From assembly GCA_018669475.1 (NCBI GenBank), contig JABHCC010000084.1, positions 25,912-89,911 on the forward strand: a stretch of DNA of 64,000 nucleotides. Reading direction: 5' to 3'. This document shows, piece after piece, positions 1 through 8,331 of the stretch. Every line of letters begins with the position of its first letter. The stretch's first letter is position 1. The stretch comes from Bacteroidota bacterium. Its GTDB lineage: Bacteria; Bacteroidota; Bacteroidia; Bacteroidales; UBA12481. A model generated the notes under the pieces. That model was not told where the DNA came from and did not search any database. It saw only the letters and a program-made list of their open reading frames with translations. Both the position numbers and the translations under genes were made by a program.

Positions 1-2
1 GG

Positions 3-188
3 GGTGAAATCGATCGTCAGTCTCTCCTGCCGGATGGCACCCAGGAAGAAATCCGGGAGGCAGTAAGAGAAGTTCATAAACATCTTTATGCCAATGGCGG
101 GATAATAGCACAATGTGAATTCGGTCTGGGAGCAAAGCCGGAGAATATCTATAAAGTTTTTGAATCGTGGGATCAAATAACAATTTAA
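3..188 (+). CDS. C-terminal fragment of uroporphyrinogen decarboxylase / MtaA-like methyltransferase family protein (5' truncated by window)
   Basis: Manual translation of frame 3: GEIDRQSLLPDGTQEEIREAVREVHKHLYANGGIIAQCEFGLGAKPENIYKVFESWDQITI*, which resembles the URO-D family C-terminus (G.IDRQ..LP.GT, GG.I, PEN). Confidence 0.75.
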   Translation, partial: GEIDRQSLLPDGTQEEIREAVREVHKHLYANGGIIAQCEFGLGAKPENIYKVFESWDQITI

Positions 189-194
189 TCACTC

Positions 195-234
195 TGTTGG
201 ATTCTCCTTCATTTCACTGTAGGCAATTCCTACA
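195..234. promoter_or_regulatory. Putative tandem enhancer-binding-protein sites
   Basis: Perfect 6-5-6 palindrome TGTAGG-caatt-CCTACA (218-234) and imperfect TGTTGG-attct-CCTTCA (195-211), upstream of a sigma54-like promoter and an operon encoding an NtrC-family activator. Confidence 0.55.
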
Positions 235-287
235 TATTTTAGAAAACCTATTTACTCTAACTCCTGATATTCTATCACTTACAATCA

Positions 288-304
288 TGGCAAAATATTT
301 GTCT
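288..304 (+). promoter_or_regulatory. Putative sigma54 (-24/-12) promoter
   Basis: TGGCAAAATATTTGTCT has the TGGCA-N6-TTG spacing (-12 is GT rather than GC) and lies 20 nt before the ATG at 325. Confidence 0.55.
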
Positions 305-324
305 ATCTGAATAAATATTAAGTC

Positions 325-786
325 ATGAAAAAACAAGTTCTAATTTTAAGCATCGTAGCATTCTTTTTAGCTGCCAATTCTGTATCCGCACAGCAAAACC
401 TGAAAATATATAAAGCTGGTGAAGTCGATATTAAACCATTATATCCGGGAGGAGATAAAGCCTATCGAACTTTTATTCGGAAAGAAGTAAAGTTTCCGGT
501 TGAGGCGAGGGCACTCAATCAAAAAGGTGTGGTATACATTAAGTATCTTGTGAAAGATGATGGCTCAGTTGATAGAGTAGAATTTTCAAGGTTTATGGGT
601 TTGGTTCCGGATGAAAACGGCAAATATATAGAATCGAAAAAAGAAATTGAGCCAATACAGTCATTTGTCAATGAAGCCATCCGGGTGATAAAGAAATTTC
701 CAAAACATGCACCTGGCAAAAAGGATGGTAAGGCTGTAGCTGTTGAGATGGAAACGAAATTGAAGTTCTTTGCAGCTGGAAAATAA
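325..786 (+). CDS. TonB C-terminal domain protein (secreted)
   Basis: Signal peptide; PLYPGG...FP.EAR....GVVYIKYLV..DG.V; EAIRVIK..PK..PG...GKAV motifs of TonB_C. Confidence 0.8.
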   Translation: MKKQVLILSIVAFFLAANSVSAQQNLKIYKAGEVDIKPLYPGGDKAYRTFIRKEVKFPVEARALNQKGVVYIKYLVKDDGSVDRVEFSRFMGLVPDENGKYIESKKEIEPIQSFVNEAIRVIKKFPKHAPGKKDGKAVAVEMETKLKFFAAGK

Positions 787-791
787 TTCTA

Positions 792-3152
792 ATGATAAAA
801 ATTCTTTTCACCTTATACTGGGGGCATCTCAAGCGATACAGATGGCAATTCTTCATCATCTTGTCCGGACTGATGCTGGGACTAACTACCGGAGTATTAT
901 CCTTTTTGTATATCAGTTATGACCTGACATATGATCATCATTATCCAGAATATGAAGACATTTACCGTTTATACCGTGAAGAAGTTGCAGAAACCGGAAG
1001 CTCAGTAATATACTCGGCGGTTCCCATCTTCCTTGGCAATCAACTTAAAGAGCAATTTCCTGAAATACAAACCCTATCCCATATCACACCATACAATAAA
1101 GTAGATCTACGAATTCAGAATACTACCAGCAATGATATCATTGAAGAAAGAGTATCAGGAATTATTGCAGTTGACACTAATTATCTACGTGTTTTTCCTC
1201 AGGAATTTCTGCATGGCTCAAAAGAAAGCTCTCTTCTGGATCCTCATTCTTTAGTTGTGACTCAACAATTTGTATTGAAATATTTTGGGATAGAAGACCC
1301 TGTCGGAGAGATGGTAAATCTGAATGGAACAGATTTCACGATAAGGGGTGTGATAAAAAATCTACCCGGGAATACGCATATTAAATTTGATGTAATCTCC
1401 AGCTCTCTCATTATAGGAATGCCATTTGCTTATTTCTTTTTGAAAATGCAGCCACACGCCAACATGGATCAATTCATTAGTAAGCTGGAATCATTTTTTA
1501 AAGAAAATCCCTCGGCCAGATCATTATCATCAGCGGTGAGTGTGAAACCAGTGATAATTCCACTCAAAGATATCCATTGGGCTAACCAAACAATAGATAC
1601 ATTCAGAACCGAACACAAGTATTATGTCTGGGCAATATCACTAATTGGCATTTTTGTAATTCTCGTTTGCCTTTTCAACTTTGCCACGGTATTATCTGCA
1701 CAGGGTGCTCTGCGAGGGAAGGAACTGGGAATAAAAAGAGTTCTTGGTGAAAATAAAGCTGGTCTGTATAAAAGTCTGTTTTTTGAAACATTCTTGACAG
1801 TAGGTATTGGAATCATTCTCTCATTACTCCTGATAGAAATGATACTTCCGCTTTTTAACAGTTTCATTGACAAGAATATAACAGAAAGCCATTTATACAG
1901 CCCCCGAGGTATCCTGTTCATTATTGGTACATGGATCTTTATCAGTATAAGTTCAGGGATTCTACCAGCATTCCAATACTCCAGAATATCTGTATCAGAA
2001 ACTGTGAAAGGGATGAATGAGAAGCCTTCAAAGTTTTCTTATACTCAGATTGCTTTGCTAATGTTTCAATTTGTTATCTCATTTGTTGTCATATTGGTAA
2101 CTGTATTTATTGCCGGACAAGTAAAAATGACTCGGGTAATGGATCTGGGATTCAATAAGGACAATGTAATAATGCTCAATAATCCCGATCTGGGTTATGA
2201 AGATCACTTTGATGCTATTCGAACCGAACTTTTGAAAAACCCTGACATTATTGGTGTTACTACGGCTCTCAATTTCCCAAAACGAGGAGCTATTCGTGAG
2301 GATATTCTCGTTGAAACCCCTCAGGGACCACAAAATATTTTCACTGGGAAGATGTGGGTTGGTGATGACTATCTGAATGTGATGGGTATGACTCTCCTTA
2401 AAGGGAACACTCTAACGCCGGCCTTCCCGGATGGAGTGCTGGTAAATGAGACCTTCGTGAGAAAATTGGGCTTAGATGACGCTCTGGAAATAGAGGTGCT
2501 AAATAATCAGGGTGAGAATTTTGGCAAAATCATTGGAGTTGTCAAGGATTTCAATTTATATTCCCTGCATGATGAGATCATCCCAATTGCCCTAATAAGC
2601 CAGGGAGGCTATGAATCAGGGAGAATCCATATTAGATTTGAAGGCAGAAAACTGATAGCAATATTGAGTCATATTGAAAAAGTCTGGAATGACTTTTACA
2701 CCGAAGATCCTTTCTCCTATTATTTCCTGGATGAAGATCTGGCAGCATACTATCAGGAAGACAGAATACACTCAGTTTTTTTATGGATTGCCTCAGCCAT
2801 AGCCTTTATACTTGGAATCCTGGGCTTATTTGCGATGACTTCCTTCGACATTCAACAAAAAAAGAAAGCTCTGGCCATTCAGCGTGTTTTCGGTGCTAAC
2901 TTTATTGACCTCCTGAAAGACCTAAGTAAATTGAAGATTATTCTTTTATCTATTGCTTTTGTATTCGCAATCCTGATCTCTGTTTCATTATACTCAGTAT
3001 GGGTACAAAACTTTGCTTACAGAGCACCCGTAAATATTCCAGCAATAGTTGTTGTATTCTTTATGGTAACAATAACATATTTGCTAACTGTAATGAATCT
3101 TGTCAGAATAATTAACAACAAGGCTCCAATAGATTCCCTTCGAATAGACTGA
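792..3152 (+). CDS. ABC transporter permease (MacB/FtsX family, duplicated architecture)
   Basis: 786 aa; two periplasmic MacB-like domains, R.KELGIKRVLG motif, DLGFNKDNV, GVVKDFN..SLH, C-terminal FAYR. Confidence 0.9.
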   Translation: MIKILFTLYWGHLKRYRWQFFIILSGLMLGLTTGVLSFLYISYDLTYDHHYPEYEDIYRLYREEVAETGSSVIYSAVPIFLGNQLKEQFPEIQTLSHITPYNKVDLRIQNTTSNDIIEERVSGIIAVDTNYLRVFPQEFLHGSKESSLLDPHSLVVTQQFVLKYFGIEDPVGEMVNLNGTDFTIRGVIKNLPGNTHIKFDVISSSLIIGMPFAYFFLKMQPHANMDQFISKLESFFKENPSARSLSSAVSVKPVIIPLKDIHWANQTIDTFRTEHKYYVWAISLIGIFVILVCLFNFATVLSAQGALRGKELGIKRVLGENKAGLYKSLFFETFLTVGIGIILSLLLIEMILPLFNSFIDKNITESHLYSPRGILFIIGTWIFISISSGILPAFQYSRISVSETVKGMNEKPSKFSYTQIALLMFQFVISFVVILVTVFIAGQVKMTRVMDLGFNKDNVIMLNNPDLGYEDHFDAIRTELLKNPDIIGVTTALNFPKRGAIREDILVETPQGPQNIFTGKMWVGDDYLNVMGMTLLKGNTLTPAFPDGVLVNETFVRKLGLDDALEIEVLNNQGENFGKIIGVVKDFNLYSLHDEIIPIALISQGGYESGRIHIRFEGRKLIAILSHIEKVWNDFYTEDPFSYYFLDEDLAAYYQEDRIHSVFLWIASAIAFILGILGLFAMTSFDIQQKKKALAIQRVFGANFIDLLKDLSKLKIILLSIAFVFAILISVSLYSVWVQNFAYRAPVNIPAIVVVFFMVTITYLLTVMNLVRIINNKAPIDSLRID

Positions 3153-3196
3153 TCATCCCTTTGGGGGATTATGAAAAATACTAATTTTATTATCGA

Positions 3197-4564
3197 ATGA
3201 CTCAAAGAAAAAAGTCCATACTGATCGTTGATGATAACAAAGACCTTCTGAGTGTTTTGGATTTGGTTCTTACTGGTCAGGGATGGAAGGTGGCCGTGCT
3301 CTCGTCCCCTAATCAGTTATCAAGTGAGCTGCATAAAAATCAATATGATGTGATACTTCTTGATATGAATTTCCAGGGAAAAACCTCTTCAGGTAATGAG
3401 GGATTATTTTGGTTGAGTGAAGTACAAAAGATTGATCAGGATCAGGCCGTGGTCATGATTACGGCATATGGAGATATCAACCTTGCTGTCAGATCCTTAC
3501 AAGAGGGGGCTGTTGATTTCATTGACAAAGCATGGGATCAGCAAAAAATCCTCTCTACTCTGGAGACAGCCTGGCAGATCAGTATTTCAAAAAGACAAAT
3601 AAGGAAACTAAAATCACAAAGAAATCATCTTTCGAGTAAACTTTCTGATCAATCACCTATCTATTGGGGGAATTCGGCATCAATTAGAGAAGTCAAAGCT
3701 TTGATTGAAAAAGTTGGTAAAACAGATGCAAGTGTTTTAATTCTTGGCGAGAATGGCACCGGGAAAGAGCTTGTTGCCCAAGAAATTCACCGCTCATCAG
3801 GACGAGAAGATGAAGTCTTTATTTCAGTCGATATGGGAAGCATCCCAACCAGCCTATTTGAAAGTGAGATGTTTGGTTATGAAAAAGGTGCTTTTACCGG
3901 TGCATTAAAAGCTAAAGCAGGCAGAATGTTTTTAGCAGACGGAGGAACCTTGTTCTTGGATGAAATAGGAAATCTTAACCATGATTTGCAATCAAAACTC
4001 TTACGAGTTTTAGAAACTCATCAGATCATTCCCTTAGGGGGACAAAAGATTCAGCCAGTAGATTTCAGACTCATAACTGCCACGAACAGTCCTCTGCCTG
4101 ATCAGGTAAATGATGGTGTTTTTCGACAGGATTTGTTCTATAGACTTAATACTATAACCATTACCCTCCCTCCACTCAGAGAAAGGAGAGACGATATTCG
4201 TGGTTTGATCACCTTATTCCTCGAAATTTATAATAACAAACACTCAAGAAGTTTTAGAATCAAGGATTCTGATATCACCATTTTGGAGAAGCAACCCTGG
4301 CCTGGCAACATAAGACAACTCAAACATTCTATTGAAAGGGCTGTTATTCTTTCAGATGGACAATACATAAATTTGGAGCAAACGGAATATAACAATGGAA
4401 TAGGCCTGATCCAATCTAGAACCTCCCTTAATCTGGCAGATACGGAGAAGAAACTAATCAGTCAGGCTCTTTCACAGTCAAAAGGAAATATCACAAAGAC
4501 AGCTGAATTATTAGGCATAAACCGATCAACGGTATATGATAAAATTAAGAAATACGGGCTATAA
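3197..4564 (+). CDS. Sigma54-dependent response regulator (NtrC family)
   Basis: REC domain (ILIVDD, LLDMNF), GENGTGKE Walker A, GAFTGA, LFLDEIG, FRQDLFYRL, WPGNIRQL, Fis-type HTH. Confidence 0.95.
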   Translation: MTQRKKSILIVDDNKDLLSVLDLVLTGQGWKVAVLSSPNQLSSELHKNQYDVILLDMNFQGKTSSGNEGLFWLSEVQKIDQDQAVVMITAYGDINLAVRSLQEGAVDFIDKAWDQQKILSTLETAWQISISKRQIRKLKSQRNHLSSKLSDQSPIYWGNSASIREVKALIEKVGKTDASVLILGENGTGKELVAQEIHRSSGREDEVFISVDMGSIPTSLFESEMFGYEKGAFTGALKAKAGRMFLADGGTLFLDEIGNLNHDLQSKLLRVLETHQIIPLGGQKIQPVDFRLITATNSPLPDQVNDGVFRQDLFYRLNTITITLPPLRERRDDIRGLITLFLEIYNNKHSRSFRIKDSDITILEKQPWPGNIRQLKHSIERAVILSDGQYINLEQTEYNNGIGLIQSRTSLNLADTEKKLISQALSQSKGNITKTAELLGINRSTVYDKIKKYGL

Positions 4565-5900
4565 TAAGCATCGAATCGGACTGTTCATAAGGCTGCTTCT
4601 CTTGGTAATTGAGCTATGGATATTGTTCATACTGTTTAACCAGGAAGGTCACCCTGTAACTAAAGCTATACTGATTACCAGTCTGATTATCACACTAATA
4701 TCTCTGATACTCTATTACGACCGTCCAGCAAAGAATTTCAACCGCATGTTACAGGGGCTGGAATTCAGAGAAGGAACTTTTAAACTCCGGCATGGTTCCA
4801 AAACACTAGGATTAAAAGCTCAGGAATATCTCAGCAGACTAACATCAGCATTCTCAAAAATCATTCTGGAAAAAGAGAGTCAAGCACATTTTTATGAAAA
4901 CATTTTACGTATTATTCCATGCGGAATCCTCGTAATCTCCACTGACCAAAAAATAAGATTGTATAATGATTCTCTTCTTCGCTTATTATCAATGGCCGAA
5001 CCGATCAGTTATGGCAAGCTAAACAAATTATATCCTGAGCTGATGGAGCTTTTCATAAGCTTTAAAAATGGCCAGCAGGTGGTTCAGAAGATAAAAATAC
5101 ATGGGCTTAATACCTGGGTTAGTATTACGGGATCCAACATCAGAATAGAAGGAAAGAATCACCAGGTCTTTGCTATAGAAGATGTACAGAGAGTTGCTAA
5201 CCAGAAAGAATTGGAGACCTGGGAGGAAATGGCCAAGATCATTACTCATGAGATTAAAAACTCACTAAGCCCTATCAGACTGTTACTAGGGCAATTAGCA
5301 AACTGGTTTCGCTCTAACTCTGATATTATCAAATTAGAGAATTATGATAAGGATCTAGGTTCCAAGCTGATTTCAACCCTAATCTCAACCGAAAAGCGAA
5401 CAACTGGTCTTATAGAATTTGTTGATGGATATAAGAAACTACTACACCTTCCCTCACCAGAATTGAAAAATATTTCAGTTTCACAATTGCTGCATGACAG
5501 TATTGATATCATGCAGCCTCAGATAAAACCTCTTGGAATAAAAATAACAAGTAATTGTATTGAAAAAATAGCAATTAATGTTGATTTCCAGCAGATGACT
5601 CAGGTAATGATGAATCTGATTGGAAATTCGATCCATTTTCTATCCAATACTGAAAATCCTGAAATTAAGCTTATTGGAAGAATTGGCCCCATGGGTGTAA
5701 GTATTCTTGTTGAGGATAATGGACCAGGGATACCTACTGAATTACAAGAGCAAGTGTTTATCCCATTTTTCTCTACCCGTTCAGGCGGAACCGGAATAGG
5801 CCTTAGCTTTGCCAGAAAAGTTATTTCTAAACATCATGGAGTTATCAGATTATCCAGCAGGCCAGGAAGTACTATTATTATGATTCAACTGCCAAACTAA
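4536..5900 (+). CDS. Sensor histidine kinase (NtrY-like)
   Basis: Two N-terminal TM helices, THEIKNSL H-box, N box, DNGPGI, FIPFFST, GTGIGL. Confidence 0.9.
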   Translation: MIKLRNTGYNKHRIGLFIRLLLLVIELWILFILFNQEGHPVTKAILITSLIITLISLILYYDRPAKNFNRMLQGLEFREGTFKLRHGSKTLGLKAQEYLSRLTSAFSKIILEKESQAHFYENILRIIPCGILVISTDQKIRLYNDSLLRLLSMAEPISYGKLNKLYPELMELFISFKNGQQVVQKIKIHGLNTWVSITGSNIRIEGKNHQVFAIEDVQRVANQKELETWEEMAKIITHEIKNSLSPIRLLLGQLANWFRSNSDIIKLENYDKDLGSKLISTLISTEKRTTGLIEFVDGYKKLLHLPSPELKNISVSQLLHDSIDIMQPQIKPLGIKITSNCIEKIAINVDFQQMTQVMMNLIGNSIHFLSNTENPEIKLIGRIGPMGVSILVEDNGPGIPTELQEQVFIPFFSTRSGGTGIGLSFARKVISKHHGVIRLSSRPGSTIIMIQLPN

Positions 5901-7390
5901 TTTCCAGCTAGTTCCTTAGATATCTTCGGATGGTAAATTCTCCCGTCATTCATTTTTTTACCATACTCAATCAGATGAGCTGACATCTCCTTTCTAATTT
6001 CCTGGTAATCCGGATGCTTAAAGAAATTGACTAGTTCGTCTGGATCTTCCTGCAAGTCGAACAGCCAGGGAAGATCTTCAGGCTCTGGTGAAAAAACTAT
6101 CTTATAACGATCAGAAACTGCTGACAGCCATTTATCATCAGTCCCATCCTTTGATCCGGTTCCCCGCATAAAAGCAATATCTGTCCAATCAATATTCATA
6201 TCACCTGAGAAAAGCAAAGATGCATCCCTGCCCTCTTCATAACCTGTACCCGGAGCATCCATTAGGCTAAGTATTGTTGGTGTAAAATCAACCACCGACA
6301 AAGCCTGATTGATTACTAATCCGGCAGGTAATTTTGATGGATATCTGATAATAAAAGGAATCTTCGCAGATCCTTCGTAAGGATTACCCTTATTGTCTTT
6401 ATGATGCTCTCCCAATAAATCTCCGTGATCAGATGTGAAAACAACAATGGTATTATCAAGAAGATCTGACTCTTCCAGATAACTTACAATTTTACCAACA
6501 TTATCGTCAATACATTTAACCATACCCCAGTAATTTGCAATTGCCTTTGGCCTGATAGTATTTTTTGCTTTTTTACCCCAACTTGGTAAATCATCCACCT
6601 CAGCTCCGTGGGTATATGGTTTTTCAAAAACAAAATGTTCATACATTGAATTATATGGAGCTCTTACGGTATTCGGTCCATGTGGATCGGGATAACTAAG
6701 CATATAACAAAACGGTTCATCCTTATGTGCTTTTATGAAATCAATGGTCTTTTTAGTAAGATAATCAGTAGTGAAATTCTCCTCATTAACCCCCTTCAGA
6801 CCGTAGTCAGCATTGCCTTTAGCATTAAGCGAAGCTACCCGTGGACCATTATCGGTATCTTCAATCATCTTCCAGTGCCCTCTGTTGTACATATATCGAT
6901 TATCGATAAATCCGAAATTTCGATCAGGATCCCACTGAGGTTTGCCATCGCCATCCAGGTGCCACTTCCCGGCATATCCCGTAGCATAACCCTGCTCAGT
7001 CAGTACATGTGCAAAGCTGATAATCTCATCAAGCAAAGGAATATCGTTGGTTATTACTCCGGTATTCTGGGGGTATAGGCCTGATATAAACGAAGAGCGC
7101 GAAGGAGAACAGACAGGAGTAGATGCGTAAAAACTGGTGCATAAAACCCCATCTTCAGCCAGAGCATCAATCTCAGGTGTTTCTACTGCAACACTATCTC
7201 CCCACAAAAAGGCCTGATCATGTGTCAGGGTTTCACGATAGCAACCCAAAGTGCGAAAATTATGCTCATCTGTTTGAATGATAAGCAAATTTGGCTTGAC
7301 AACTTGCTTTTTAGGTTTGCAACATGAGAATCCCAATAACAAGATAATCGATATGATAAATAAACTCTTTTGCATGTACATATTCTTCAT
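5897..7390 (-). CDS. Sulfatase (Cys-type, lipoprotein)
   Basis: CSPSR formylglycine motif, GYAGKWHL, SDHG; lipoprotein signal peptide. Confidence 0.93.
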   Translation of the reverse strand: MKNMYMQKSLFIISIILLLGFSCCKPKKQVVKPNLLIIQTDEHNFRTLGCYRETLTHDQAFLWGDSVAVETPEIDALAEDGVLCTSFYASTPVCSPSRSSFISGLYPQNTGVITNDIPLLDEIISFAHVLTEQGYATGYAGKWHLDGDGKPQWDPDRNFGFIDNRYMYNRGHWKMIEDTDNGPRVASLNAKGNADYGLKGVNEENFTTDYLTKKTIDFIKAHKDEPFCYMLSYPDPHGPNTVRAPYNSMYEHFVFEKPYTHGAEVDDLPSWGKKAKNTIRPKAIANYWGMVKCIDDNVGKIVSYLEESDLLDNTIVVFTSDHGDLLGEHHKDNKGNPYEGSAKIPFIIRYPSKLPAGLVINQALSVVDFTPTILSLMDAPGTGYEEGRDASLLFSGDMNIDWTDIAFMRGTGSKDGTDDKWLSAVSDRYKIVFSPEPEDLPWLFDLQEDPDELVNFFKHPDYQEIRKEMSAHLIEYGKKMNDGRIYHPKISKELAGN

Positions 7391-7415
7391 AATTTGAATT
7401 ATGATAAATTATCTC

Positions 7416-7423
7416 CAAAGCTA
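7416..7423 (-). promoter_or_regulatory. Bacteroidota -7 promoter element for the sulfatase
   Basis: TAGCTTTG (TAnnTTTG) on the minus strand, ~26 nt upstream of the ATG. Confidence 0.55.
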
Positions 7424-7581
7424 TCGATTTGTTCCTTATCTATTTAATAAATAAAAGTCTTTCTTGACATATATTACCATTAAACCATTTGGCACGAAAG
7501 GAATCAAAAGAATGTGTCTTAATAATTTGATAAGTTGTAACAACTGAATACTTTTATGGCCCGAAAGCCAAAGATGACTGA

Positions 7582-8331
7582 TTGAACCTCATGAAATTCC
7601 CAAATCTTGCCAAAATACTATGCTTAAGTGCTTGTTTTTTGTTAGCCGCTCCATGTAGTTTTGCTCAGGCAAATGAGGAGATAATCTCGTCTGAGGCCGC
7701 GCATTCCTTTTACAATCAGTTGTACAAAACTGACTCAAGGCTGGTTAGTGGAGAGTATTATCAAATACCAATTATGAACACTGCCACCGGTCATCCATTC
7801 TTCATAGATCAGAGTTGGAAAACAGGCACAATAGTAATCGATGGCATCATTTTTAATGAACTGCCTCTCAGGTATGACATCAGCTCAAACGAATTGATAT
7901 TAAGTACAATTGACTTCACAAATTCTTATCTGCAAATAAAACTCAAGAAACATAATATCGAGTATTTCACCTTGAATGACAAGCTTTTTAAACCTTTCAA
8001 AAAAGATACTCTCCAGACAGACCCATTGTTTTATGAAGAGCTTGTGAATGGTAAAATATCCCTGCTTTTACTGAAAACGAAAACACTAAAAATATCTTCG
8101 GGTGCTTTATCAGATTATCGCTATCAAACAAGTCAGAAAAAATTCTTATCAATAAATAATAAATTGTTTAGCTACAAAGGCAAACGAAGCTTGTACAAGC
8201 TCTTCCCTGAGTTTAAAGAGGCAATAAAAACTTACAGTCGTCAGAAAAAAATCAGGCTCAGGCCTAAAAAGATGAGCGGGCATATTGAACTCATTAACTA
8301 TTGCAACTCTTTATTAGAATCTAAAATATGA
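7582..8331 (+). CDS. Secreted hypothetical protein, first gene of the TBDR-DUF4249 operon (start probably 7591)
   Basis: Signal peptide; G.EY...GHPFF..W..G.I..G..F....LRYD pattern typical of proteins preceding these receptors; overlaps the next gene by 4 nt. Confidence 0.75.
   Translation: MNLMKFPNLAKILCLSACFLLAAPCSFAQANEEIISSEAAHSFYNQLYKTDSRLVSGEYYQIPIMNTATGHPFFIDQSWKTGTIVIDGIIFNELPLRYDISSNELILSTIDFTNSYLQIKLKKHNIEYFTLNDKLFKPFKKDTLQTDPLFYEELVNGKISLLLLKTKTLKISSGALSDYRYQTSQKKFLSINNKLFSYKGKRSLYKLFPEFKEAIKTYSRQKKIRLRPKKMSGHIELINYCNSLLESKI

Noticed and set aside
7490-7506. Sigma54 promoter TGGCACG upstream of the TBDR operon
   Set aside because: The -12 TTGC element is absent at the required spacing (GAATC instead).
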